Shown piece by piece: positions 19,001-31,395 of a stretch of DNA of 64,000 nucleotides; within the stretch, counting starts at the first letter, position 1, and each line of letters starts with the position of its first letter. The notes below the pieces were generated by a model. That model had not been told where the DNA came from. It did no database searches and saw only the letters and a program-made list of their open reading frames with translations. A program made the translations under genes and the position numbers. The stretch comes from Tubiluchus corallicola (taxonomy: Eukaryota > Animalia > Priapulida): contig JAQGDQ010000125.1 of assembly GCA_030141605.1 (NCBI GenBank), positions 1 to 64,000 on the forward strand, read 5' to 3'.

Positions 19001-22000
19001 ACAAATCTCTTCGCGGGCCGCAATTTGCACACCCCTGGTTTAAGGGTTTCTCCGTCTACAATAAGCAGGTGTCATTTCACGTTTCTTACACTACTTGCTT
19101 TGATTATAATCTTTATTACAACTCAGTGGGACATGTTTAACCCAATCCTGGTAGTGCCTTTGTATTGAGTTTCTCTAGTATTTCGTAGTGTGCAAAGTAA
19201 GCAAATGCTAAATATTTCTAATGGCAATGTATACCACGGCATGAAAAAACTTTGTGAATGCTATTGCGAAATTTTGATGAATGGGCCTGTATTAATAGGT
19301 GTTGTGCTGTGAATGTTATTTGAGTTTGCTACATTGTTAATAATAATGAAAAATGTAAAAGGCAAGTCTGTGGAATACATTATAAAACACTGATTAATAT
19401 TTTTTGCACAGTTTAAGACATTTATATAAACACATACATTTAATTCACTAATGTTACTAACATTTCAAATTTGTGATGTTTATTTTCTAAACAAAAATTT
19501 TTCCATCCTAATAAGGTCAAGCCTCCCACACAACGATTAGACGAAAATCCAGGGCCCATTTTCACAAAGCTGTCACTAACTTAACGATGTCATTATTATT
19601 AATAGCTGAGTGAATGTAATAACGGCGTCACCTACTTATTGACGGCTTTGTGAAACCGGGCCCAGGTCTATATATAGGCCAGCTAATATATTTAGTACAC
19701 AATTTTAGGCACCAAGTTAAACTTTTCGGACAGCATACCCACTTCCAAATTTACCAGTATTTCTGTCGATGGGTGAGAATTAAATAATGGCATGTAAACT
19801 GCAATCAGTTGTTAACTGTTTTTATAGAATTCTGTTTGGCAATAATCATCTGTATGTGTTGCATCATCCACAAGATCTTGCTAAGCAAATACAGGAGGGT
19901 AAAACAGTTGGAAAAGTAACATATGATAAAGCTCAGCAAGAAATAGCTCAGCATTTGGGACTAATTGGAAAAAATACATCACGGGGTATGTGATTCATTA
20001 TTTGAATGCGAAGGTAGCACTAACAATAACGAATATGATGTTAACATAATTTTGATTATGATTTTCATAATTTCGTGTTGACGAGGTTTTTTATTTTTCA
20101 GTTTGAGAAAATATTAGGTATTAAGTTTTTATCTAGAAATATTGTTTATGAGTTTCCAAATCTAAGAATGCATTCAAACTTTTTCAGCTGTTAGCTTATT
20201 TTGATTTACAATAACAAATTGCTTGGTTTATTATAGATGATTTTATATTGGAAGAGGAGCTTATTGAAATTTTGCCACATATTAACGAGGCAAATGCAAT
20301 TGCACAGGAACTAGGAAAAGATTTGCAATTCAAAATTTTGCTAGTTGCTCCACAAGCTCGAGGTTTACAAGCAGGAAAAACTGAGGTTCAACTTTTTTAT
20401 TTATTATGTTATTGGTTTCTCAAATGACACATTTGTTGGCTTAAATTGTTAAATTTGTTTGACAAATGAACATGTAAATTTCATCATCGCTCTAAAGTTG
20501 TTACATATTATACTTTTTAAATGCTTTTTTTAAATCACTTTAGTTTTTATCGTGCACTTACGACATAGCAATAGCTACATTTTGTTTCATTGAGACAAGA
20601 AAAAGTGTTACAGACTCTTACGTAAAACCCGGACTTGTGGCAACGCTGGGCTTTTAAATCGATGAGAATATGTCTTGCTGAAATTTTCAATAGTGACTTA
20701 ATACAATTTATAACCTTTGAAAGTTATTCCAACATTTAACGTATTTAGTTAGCATTGGAAAGTTTGATTATGCCCAGCATCTAACAAAACGTGGTCGTTC
20801 ATGTCTAGAAGAGCAAGTAGGCTGTTTTTTCTATCAGGTTTGAGTGAATGCTTATTGTGTGCACACATTTTGAATAATAATATTATTGTGACAACAATTT
20901 TCATTTAATTCCAATTTTGATTTTCATTTCACCGTTTGTTCTCTGCAGTTTACGCGCAAACATTATATCAAGTTTTATATATTATATAATATTATATCAA
21001 TATTGGACAAGTTTTTCAGTTCGTAACTTTGTTTAAATGTTGTATTTAAATCTATGCTTTGATTACTTTTTGATTATTCTGCTTTCAGTTGTGTGTTAAA
21101 ATGAAAACACTCGATGACAAATGTGAATGGTTGTGGAGTAAAAGCAAGTTCATGAACCGGATATATCTAATGCAAGAGTTGTATCACAAATATATGGATG
21201 GGTTGCTTGATTATGAGTCCCTAAATAAGGTAAAATATATAATATAACTGCTGAAATTAGTGAACTTGAATTAAGAACAGGAACTTCTAAGAAGTGTGTG
21301 ATATTATATCCAAGTTAAACTGTTCAGTTGGTTGTGATAATAATTATGACAGACTGAAGGAGTTAGTTAGTGATGAGATTGAATTAGGTTTTTTGTAAAC
21401 AGGCAGTCTAGTTGACTTTAGTCAGATCCATCAATCCATATTTCTTAATTTAGACTTGACTTTTTCCTGTTTCCCCTTATTTCATTCATCTGTTAAATAA
21501 TTATGGATTAATTCATTGTTAGTTTAGAGTTTTGAAATTGTAAAATTTGTTTGACAATGTGAAATTCATAAGTACTTTAAAGTTATTACATACTATGTTT
21601 TTTAAATGTTTTTTTAAATCTTATGTAAAAACTAAGCCTGTGACAAGACTGGTTTTTAAAATGACAAGAATGTGTCTTGCTAGAATTTTCAATAGTGACT
21701 TAATAGAATTTATAGCTATTGAAAATTTTCTCAAGGTCTAACACATTTAGTTAGCTGTGGTAAGTTTTGGTTATGCCTGGCATCTTACAAGAAGTGGAAG
21801 AGCATCTAGACATTACTTTTTCTAGACATGAGATCAGATTTGAGTGGCAAGAATAAGTCTGAATGAAAGTTTTGTATGCTTCTGTGCGATTAATCTGTCT
21901 TTTTATGGCTGCTAATTTTTGACTGTGCATCCTCTTCTCATTTTGTTGCAACTGATGCTTTGTGAAAGTTAGTGGAATGCATTTTTCCTGTATTGGCAGG

Positions 22001-25000
22001 AGAAGGATCCTTTTTGGGAACCAATGGACACCGAGGTGCCTGTAGGAACGGTACATGTGTATTTGCAGTCATTAACTTACCTCATTGAACTTGACGAAAC
22101 CCTTTCAATTACAGATTTTAAAGGTAACCAAGAAGCTTGGGTTGTAGTCAGATTCAGATAAACTCTTATTTAGCCTTAAGTTTACAATTATGAACCTTGC
22201 ACAACATTCATTCCATTTCATGTTTTAAATCCTATAAGAAAAAAGTTGTTGTAATTTTGCTTGAATTTAACTGCTAACTTTCTGTATTTTTACCATAAAG
22301 TGTTTACTCTAGCACATTATTATGGTATTATTTTAAACTTTATGCATGTTAGTTTGGTGGATTTTCTAATTTTTGAATAAACTTCCACTCCAGGAAAAAT
22401 TAAAAATGCTTATAAATGATCTCAATCTGATGTGCGAGTTTGAAATTTTGTTGTATTTGTATTTGAAAAAACAGCAAGCCATATTTCATTTCCTATAATT
22501 ACTCTATTTGTAAACCTGTTTATTTCATTACATGTTGCTATAAAAATACCTTTATATATTTAATAGCATATATTATATTTAGGTAATGAACAAGGCTCTG
22601 TACGCATTGTTCTGTATCCCTGTGATAGACACGGCCTTGATAAAAAAGGAGATTTTTTGGAGAATCCCCAAGACTTGATTGGAAAGGAACTGAATTTTAA
22701 GCTTGGGATAGTCCATGTTTCAGGCCTACCTACAAAATTATTTTCGGTAAGCGAACATTTAAGTACAAAAGTGTTGTCATGGTTTTGTATAGTGTGCACA
22801 AAGATGCACAAGGTTTGTGTGAAGCTAATTCATGTTAAATTCATCTTGCTTGCTATATTGTTTAGATAGACTGTAAATTTTATTGTTATTTTGCAATGTT
22901 ATGCCTAGAGATGAACATTTCGTCTTTTATCTTGACTTGGCACAAGCTACTTTCCACTTTGCAATGAAAGGGATAGAGAGTGAATGATAACTGAGTTTAA
23001 TGAGTTTATTGCACCAACCAAAAAATGACATAAAAATATGACAAATACGTAACATACCATTACTACAGCAAGATTACAGTTTTTCTAATTAAGAAACATT
23101 AATTTAGGTGCCTTCAACAGTTTAAAAAGACATTAAGTTAATATTAAAAAAGTATTAGTTTTTTAATGATCTATTTACAATATTTCATATTACAGGCACG
23201 AGTGTGGAATTTAAACATTAATACTGTCCTGTAATTTACTTGCATTATATACAAACTTGATTATAATTTTAAGAACATCCAAGTCATTCTGACCCATTAA
23301 AAATTTAAGTTTCTTTTGTTTAAGCATAACAGGAAAAGTAGTTATAAACTGTTTCACTTTTTTCCATAAGTTAGATCTCAAGTCGTCCTAATATATAGTT
23401 CACAATTTAAAGTACAATGCAATATAAAATGAAGTTCATGCTCTACTTTTGACCTTATGCAATTTAGACATACTGGTTTCTCCACTGGGATTTTTTAGGT
23501 TTGTGGTAACGACTTGTTTCATGTAGAATGTATGAGAACTTATTTTAAATTTAGTGAATTTTGTTAATAACTTTTTGTCAAATCCGGACAATACGTAGTT
23601 TTCCATTTTATATTGGGTTTTAAAGGTTCTGTAGGTTCTTAGCATATTTTGTCTTTCTTTTCTATCATTGTTAAAGAGCTCCATTTTCCACGAATTGATA
23701 TAATTTTTTTTTTAATTTTTTATATCAGTTAGGTTTTTTGTGTTAGTGAAAGTGCTTTGGTTCGCCATACGCGAGCAAAACTGCATTTAGTCAAAATATA
23801 TTTTTCGAATGTAACCTACTGCAAGTACGCAGTATTCTGATCGTGGTTGGATAATATAGCTGTTATGAGGTTGTTTAATTATATTTAACCAGTATCTAAG
23901 TATTATTTTAATAATTTTTGCATACAGAAGGAACTGTTCTAATTCAGCTCTGACCGCATTTTCACTAGATTTGCTGTTAACATCTTGTAAATTACGACAG
24001 AGTTTTAAATTGAGTTCCTCGCAATCTATCTTATTAAACTTATTTTGTATTGTATTTCCTCTGTTTTTAATTACATGAGCATCCAATACTTCTGCTGAGG
24101 AAAGCATTGTTGGTTCCACAGTTTGTTCGAAAATCTTAAGGGTTGTTATTAGAGTTATTTCAGTAGGAATATTTCTACGGATAATATAAAATGATTTTGA
24201 TCCTTTATTTTTTAGTCTGTTTGTACCCTGTTTAAATGAACCAGATGTGCAAAAGTCAATGCCTAAGTATTTATCTGTTTCCGCAATAGTTAGTGATTGT
24301 TCCTCGTAATAAAATTAAGATTCTTTATTTTTTATTTGTCTTATTAAATATTATTATTTTGGTTTTTTAATATTAGCAGTTAAGCCCCACTTATTACAAA
24401 ATCTTCTAACTTATTAATTCAGTACTGAAGCTCATCTTTAGTAGATGAGGTTTAGACCATATCATTAGCATAAAGCAAAATTGTTAACTTTAGTATTATA
24501 TAAACAAACTAGATTACTATGTGAGGGGTTCAAATAGCTTTCTGGTTTATCATTTACAAACACCAAAAACCGAGGTGGAACTTAATGGGCAACCTTGTTT
24601 GACACCTACGTAATAAGGTATTTTTTCTGTAAAGCCGCTATTTAATTTTACAGATATATATGAGTTTGAATGTTTTGAATGTGTGCTTTATAAATTTGTA
24701 ATGAAATATCCGCTTACAGCAGTTTACCATAGTTTAAAATAGAGTGCTAAACACCATACCGCATCGAAAGCTTTACTAAAGTCTACAAAACAGCAGCAAA
24801 GTTTTTTCTTGTTGCTTGTAAATTGCTAGTCCTTGACCCTTTTTTCAATCTTATTTGCCTTTTATGTAAACATTGTTTTGGAATAGGTATAAGTCTAGTC
24901 TATTTGACATTATTTTGGCAAAAAGCTTACTAAGACTATTGATTATTGCTACATCCTTATAATTATTTGGGTCTAAGTGCGCTACCGCTTTTTAGTGTGG

Positions 25001-26807
25001 GGATTATTATAGTTCTTATTCGAGTGAGTGGGATAGCATGAATTTGTAAGTATTAAGTTAAATAGTTTAATAAGTTAAATAAAAACATTTGATGTCATTA
25101 ATATATAATAATTGAATTTTATTTCAGTGTTTTTGCAAGTATAAGTTCTATTTAGATGAAAAAGCTGTGATAACATATGAAGCTCATAGAGTGGGAGATT
25201 ATTTTAACATTGGTCATGAACAGTTGTTTACATTCCATCCAGTTACTCAGCAGGTTTGTACTAAACAAAGCAGTGTTAGTTTAATATCAATATAAAATAA
25301 TAGTACCTTTTCTTGCAAAAGTGCAGTTATGTTTATTGGGTTCTTGTAAAATAAATGACTATGTAAATAAATGTACGTATTATGTGGCATGTGTATAATT
25401 TCTATTAGAATTGTATTATATTATAATCATATGTAACATACTCAGTGTGCAATTGTTTGTAATCATTAAAATAACAACTTTTTGCCATGAAATTCATTTG
25501 TGGTGTGACTTTTCAGTTTCTGTCATATCTGTCCAATACTGCACTTATAATAGAAGTCTGGGGCAGACAGGAAGAGTCCAGCTTGCGAAGTCAAACTTCA
25601 GCAGCTTCTTTGATGAGCACTGCAAGCCGAGGAAGTAGTGCACAGAGCATCAGTGGTGTCATAGCAGTAATATTAGTTTATTCTAATATATTTATTACAT
25701 TGTACTACTAAAAACGGAATAAATTTAAAATGTTGGGGTCTTGACTATACTTTATTTGCTTTGCTCTTGCATGACACACTGATGCAACACATACCATTCT
25801 CATGGCAAAAATTAATAAGGTCTGGTAAACCATTGATGCCACTAATGATGTTAAGTATTCATCTTCTTGTCAATGTATATTGCTGCATTATACTAATAGT
25901 ACACTGATAACAATACTGCTGCTGCCATCTACTGAAATTAGTATTCAATTAACAGAAACATGCAATACATTTAATGTCACTTATGCTAAATATTCACTTT
26001 ATAGGATGAAGCACGATGTAGTCAACTAGCACATCAACTAGCTATTTATAAGAAACGAGCTGAAAGGACTGAGGGAATGCTGGTATGTTGCCACTGCACT
26101 TTTAATTTATGACTTGGAGAGCAAAAATTATTTGTTTGTTCTACTGAATTGCATTTATGGGTTAACTTTGTTTTTGTTTTTTTAATTGCAGCTTGCTGTT
26201 AAAAATTTGGTCGAAAAAGCTGTGCAGCAGAATAAAAGCACAGTAGAGGTACGTTTGTTAACATGAACTACTTTTTATGAAAACAAAAAAATGTTTTTAT
26301 TGTAATTGCAGTTAATGTGAGCGTTGTCTTAGCTAACGTAATTTATTAATATTTGTGCAGAGTTTTATGAAACTACTATTAAGCTACTGTGTATCAAGCA
26401 AAATAAACTATAAATGTTGTGCTTTGGTAATAGTATAGTCCTGCTGTAAAGCCTGTTATTCTACGAGTATTCTGCAGGAAAAAAAGAGTTTCTGACTTTT
26501 TGTATGTATTGTGTGATAATTTCTCTTTTTGTTATGTTTAACTTTGGTATGTCGTCCAAAATTGTGGTGCATTTCATTTTGCAAAGAGCTTTGTCAGTTT
26601 ATTCATTCCGACAACAAGATGTTCATTAGTCAGTTTGGCATTTAAGCTGTAATAGACCAGCTTTTTCTCAGAGATTTAATTTTTATGTGATAGGTTGATC
26701 AATTGCTATTAATAGTAAACAGTGAAGCAAGCAGTGACAAGGACAGCAAGATCAGAGACACACACCAGATGAACAATGTACAATCTGAAGCTTGTCTTTT
26801 GCAGTAA
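8180..26807 (+). CDS. KIF28: Kinesin-3 family motor, KIF28/KLP-6-like, 24 exons, about 966 aa
   Basis: Exons 8180-8227, 9718-9912, 10627-10759, 10946-11028, 12375-12489, 12907-13018, 13680-13787, 14286-14419, 15125-15195, 15617-15677, 15820-15963, 16313-16428, 17906-18096, 18306-18434, 19828-19985, 20237-20385, 21089-21229, 22000-22123, 22583-22746, 25128-25253, 25517-25666, 26005-26082, 26192-26248, 26694-26807 total 2901 nt in frame. Motifs: [21 protein letters not shown]-loop [39 protein letters not shown] plus FHA domain, [23 protein letters not shown]. Confidence 0.92.
8228..9717 (+). other. U12-type (minor spliceosome) AT-AC intron, intron 1 of the kinesin
   Basis: Donor ATATCCTTTT at 8228, branch site TCCTTAAT at 9701-9708, acceptor AC at 9716-9717. 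Splicing joins VRVRPF|SDREK in phase 0. Confidence 0.9.
13020..13084. repeat. (TA)n microsatellite abutting the kinesin exon 6 donor
   Basis: Read directly. Confidence 0.98.
18960..19037. mobile_element. hAT (Charlie-like) element end
   Basis: Subterminal GGGCCGCA repeats ending in TTTGCACACCCCTG, the reverse of a CAGGGGTGTGCAAA-type TIR. Confidence 0.45.
19553..19662. mobile_element. PIF/Harbinger-like MITE, 110 bp
   Basis: TIRs GGCCCATTTTCACAAAGC / GCTTTGTGAAACCGGGCC, 3-bp TSD CAG on both sides, imperfectly palindromic body. Confidence 0.75.
20455..21846 (+). repeat. Diverged direct repeat (about 20455-20846 and 21545-21846) flanking kinesin exon 17
   Basis: Shared blocks in the same order, e.g. 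TGTCTTGCT..AATTTTCAATAGTGACTTAATA, ATTTAGTTAGC, TTATGCC..GCATCT and ATCAG.TTTGAGTG. Confidence 0.85.
23003..25040 (-). mobile_element. 5'-truncated, decayed non-LTR retrotransposon (RT domain plus C-terminus) in kinesin intron 19
   Basis: Minus-strand RT motifs in order: [16 protein letters not shown] (about 24760-24795), GVKQGCPLS (about 24580-24608), LLYANDMV (decayed YADD, about 24457-24478), then [14 protein letters not shown] and KFKISSH. Contains frameshifts and stops. Confidence 0.9.
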
Positions 26808-29800
26808 CAGTAAAATTATGAGGGGTTGATCCAACAATTGAGCATCATATGTAGGACCCCATGTGTAGGTAGCTTACATCTGTTGGTTCATGATGATGAC
26901 ATGCAGGAATAGCCCAGCTGCAGTTGTTACTAAGAAAGCTTAGAAAATGCGTGTTGTTTGTGAAGAAAGTGCTTGTACCAATATGATTTAGTATTATTTT
27001 ATTAAAGTTAGTATTAAATGTATGTCAGTTGTCTTAAAAGTCACAATGCACTTTAATTTCTGTAAATGTCACTTTGAATTATTTTTTTAATTTTCCTTCA
27101 ACCTCAGCAAAGTTTGGTGTGAATTGATTGCACTCTTTAAGCAGTCCTACAACGTTGAAATTTTACAGTGTGATCTTACAAAACATTAGCTTTTGGCTGT
27201 GGAAGTTGAAGTTTATAGTTTCAGTCGTCTTTATATCTAAAAAACTTATTCATGTTAAAAAATTAAATGCCAGAACAATAAACCAACCGAGAAACAGCCA
27301 CTTTGACGTATAAAGCAATCAGTACATCTCATTATAACAATAAAAAAAATCAACCAGTTTACGTCATGATCTTCACTACAGAAAAAAAGCACTAATAAAG
27401 ATTTATTGGCAAAAAAATTGGTTTTAATCATTTGGATTACAGAATCTGGAATGGCCTGACAGAGCCATTTGACATAAACCAATTAAAGGCTAGATATTGA
27501 AGTGCTGGGACTAATGTACCTCAAAAGAAGTGAGAAACTGTATCAGGTTTTTGCAAGAAATGCCCTCGTCTAGTTTGCAGTGAAATTGGTGAACTTGCTG
27601 TAAATTTTGACAATATATATGTGTATTACCATAAGAGGAAGTGCTTTAAAGGTTAGTGGTGTATGAACCGGTGAAATAGTTTTACCAGGTTTTTGTTTAA
27701 TTCAACTAAATTGATTTTCAAAAGTTTTTAGTTCATCTGTACTTATTTTCAAATAATAGCTTTGTGTATTATGACAATTCGAGTAAATTGCAAAACCATG
27801 GTGTGATTGAAGCCTTGCAAGAGTAGAAACAAGTTCTAGTAAAGCATTAGTGCTTTTGCTAAATGTGTAGTACACTTCTATAAGATTTACCAAACATAGT
27901 ATTTACATAAGAGGCTGCCGTCCTGCTTCTGTTGAAGGTAATAGGTGGTTATTAATATTAGTATAATGTCAAATATCATTAGTAATGCATGTTTCTTTAA
28001 AGCTCTGGTTTTAGACTCATTGCAAAAACAGCTGATGCATTGATGCATTTTTTACATACTGCGTGAAGCAGTATGCATTAGCAGCTAGTCAGTGATGTAG
28101 TTTTATATTTTTGCTACTATGTGTTTTTATATCTAATATTTATACCAAAAACAATTTACAAGGAAAATCATTTTAAATTTATTTAGCTTTGCCTAGTAAT
28201 AGTAAATGTATATTTATTTATGGCATTATGTCTCAGTTGTATTATGTATTGTAATTATTGTCTAAACAATAATAGTTTAGTGATCTGGCCAAATATCAGC
28301 CCTGCAGTATTTCTAAAAAAATAATTTACTTGCGAATGCTGATTTTAGTAGTCTCATTTTGAATCTGGTAAATAAATTATATTTATATTTTCAAATTGCT
28401 TTTAAGCTCTTTTTTGTTTTACAACATTTACTGTTCTGTTTCTATACTGTATGCAGTCTGCATTTTCCTAACAACAGGTGCAACAAGTACCTATTTTACA
28501 TGGTCAACATTTGCGAAATATGGGAAAAAACTACACGTTCAATAACATAAACCAGAAAGCGCAAAATTCTTTAATGACTATTTATCTCACATATACATAT
28601 ATTCAAATGTACTTATTGCAAGTAATATTCCATAGGAAATAAGCATTACAATAAATAAAATCTTAAACATGACATGATATAAGTGTAGGCAGGAGCCTGT
28701 GTAGTTCCCAGGTAACAGCTGTTAGCTAAATTTGTACATTATCTACATGCTTAATAACAGCTAATGTTGCCTTATGACTAGATAGTTACAGATTTTGCCA
28801 TGGGATATAGAACAAGAATTAGTTTGCAACTTACAAGCAAATAACACTTAAACTGCTAATATTTATAATCAGATACAAAAAATACAATAATTGAGCTCTG
28901 GGTTTTACTTGTTACACATACATAATCTTGTATACATATAAAATATGACTGTAACCCTCATATACAACATAGTTTACAATAGGCCTAACTTGCCTGCTTT
29001 CTTTCTAATAATAGTTTTAGTGTTGATTAAATAATACTCTGTAGCCAAAAACCAATATGTGTGTTGCTGGTAATGTCTGGCATGTGCTTGAGAGCGATAC
29101 AATGAATCAACTAAAACCGTTTTACTAGACAAACTTCTGTATCCTAATGTTGTTTAATTTAAATATCTTTTGTGATCTAGAGTAATGAACAAAGGACTAG
29201 CGTGATCAGTTATCATTATTAATTGCAATAAATATAATAATATCTACATCTATTAAACTAGGATGACCTGAAGAGAGAAATAGTAGTCAATTTTCACTGT
29301 ACTGTTTTATACTGCAGATATTACTGCGATACATAATATTCTGTGCAGGACACAGACAAGTTAGGCTGTTAATGCCCAGGAACTGTTTTAACTTGTCTAC
29401 AATTTAAAATTATACACACTTATGATCAGCCCAATGTGATCTACCGCCATACGCATCATAATATGATAATACATATGATTAGCAAAACGATTTACACTTA
29501 ATAATTAATAATAAGAAGAATAAAAGTTTACCATGCCCAGGCTCAAATTTAGTAAAGTGGATTTACTAATACACAATGATTTGCTTTAAAATAATCAAAT
29601 GGCAAGAAGTTTAGTTAAAAATATTCTCAACAGACTAAAATATGGAGGTAAAAACAGTACATGGGTTACCTGATGGCATATGATCTTACACTCTCCGTCA
29701 ATTGTAAGAATGAAATCTGTTACACAAAAGTGAGACAACTTCTAAAGCTTATATCTTTATGCCACATCACAAAATTCTGGCTATCACTCAGTTACCCCTT

Positions 29801-30907
29801 GTGCTTAGAGATAGCTCTCATTTAGCTGCTTGTGGTAGACTCTATTTAATTATATAGGTACCCCCATAAGTAACACAGAAATCAAAGTTAATAATAACTT
29901 GATTAAAATGCATTGTGTTGCTATTGTAATGTGCTCTATGCTTGTATCAGACTTACATATAGCTCTGGTACAATATGTATCCAACTTAAATTCTGATGAT
30001 AAACTTTCCTGAACTTGTAAAATTAGAAAATGATTCACATAGTTGATTGTGACACATTGTCGCATAGCTGGCAGTGTCACAGAGTTACACTAGTTTGTTG
30101 AAGGTCAAGTGAAGGAGATGATTCAACACACGAGAATTGCTATACAGTTAAATACTGCACGAATAATGTACTAATATTAGCAGCACTGCGTCGAGTTGTT
30201 TTGCAAGCAGTCCAACTGTTGCACGGAGAAATCTTTACAAATACTAACGTAATAATTAACCAACATACACTAAATAATAATTAGTACTAACTTGTTAGTT
30301 AAGGAATTAATTTATAAAAGCACCCAAAACAACTTATTTTAATACAAGTACTTACTCACATCTATTTCAACATGAAAAAGTGATAAAATACAACAGTAAA
30401 GATATCAAGTCTTTTGTGTTTTTCCTAACAGTCAATATAGTATATTCATGTATGAATCAACTACCAATTAACAGTACTCTGGATTTTTTTGGTAGGGAAT
30501 TCCCACCCATATAGTAATTATCACTAACTGTGTATATATTATATACATATATACACACAAACATAAAATAATTTATTATCGTCTTACAATTAAAGTGTTC
30601 AATTTAAACTTTTCAACCTATACTCAACTTACATTTGAGATCACTAAAGTATCCCTACGAATGCAGCCAAACCCTGACTGTTAACCATGTGTTTACTTTC
30701 ATCCCTAGTCAACATTTACAAAGAAAAGTGGCACGCTCATACATCAAATGTTTAGCAAAACACTTTAATGTAAAGCGTTTTCTACAAAACTTTACCAGTC
30801 TCTTATGTTTACGGATAAAATTTTAGATCTCATACACAATCAGTAATGATATTTTATATACCGGGACAATTAACTGTTAAATACCAGTACCATTCTTGTA
30901 CTGCCGC

Positions 30908-31021
30908 TTACACGGACTCGTCGTCGCCACTCACAACTGATACTTCAGACATTTTTTCTGTTACTTCTGATTCTGTATATCGCCGCTTAATCTTGTTCTT
31001 TGGTTTCCGCAACATAGTGGC
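30908..31021 (-). CDS. DGKQ: DGK theta distal alternative last exon (ATMLRKPKNKIKRRYTESEVTEKMSEVSVVSGDDESV*)
   Basis: Phase-0 CAG acceptor, paralogous to the proximal exon, TAA stop; gives a protein of about 943 aa. Confidence 0.75.
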   Translation of the reverse strand, partial: ATMLRKPKNKIKRRYTESEVTEKMSEVSVVSGDDESV

Positions 31022-31314
31022 CTGTATACCACAGAAATTACAATTAGACATCTTAAACTACCACGTAAGTGCAAAAATCCGTAAATACACATATTTCCAA
31101 TGCCAGGTACATCACACAATCATTGCTCATAGAAAATGTACATACGTAAACTCAATAATCACTTTGTATTGAAAATATATTATTAAACAGAAGCTTCACA
31201 AAGCACCAACAACTTAGAATTAGAGCGCAACAAATACAGGTCTGTCTAGTCTTGGCTTTACTTGTACACAGTGAGAGACATAGGAGCATGAAGTGAGCAA
31301 AGCTGAACAATCTG

Positions 31315-31395
31315 TCATGCAGTTTTCTCGCCTGACGGCAGTATAGTTGGTTCCGTGTTGCGTCGTTTAATTTTAGATTTCTTCAGCATGGTGGC
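31315..31395 (-). CDS. DGKQ: DGK theta proximal alternative last exon (ATMLKKSKIKRRNTEPTILPSGEKTA*)
   Basis: Phase-0 CAG acceptor, conserved ATML start and TGA stop; gives a protein of about 932 aa. Confidence 0.8.
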   Translation of the reverse strand, partial: ATMLKKSKIKRRNTEPTILPSGEKTA

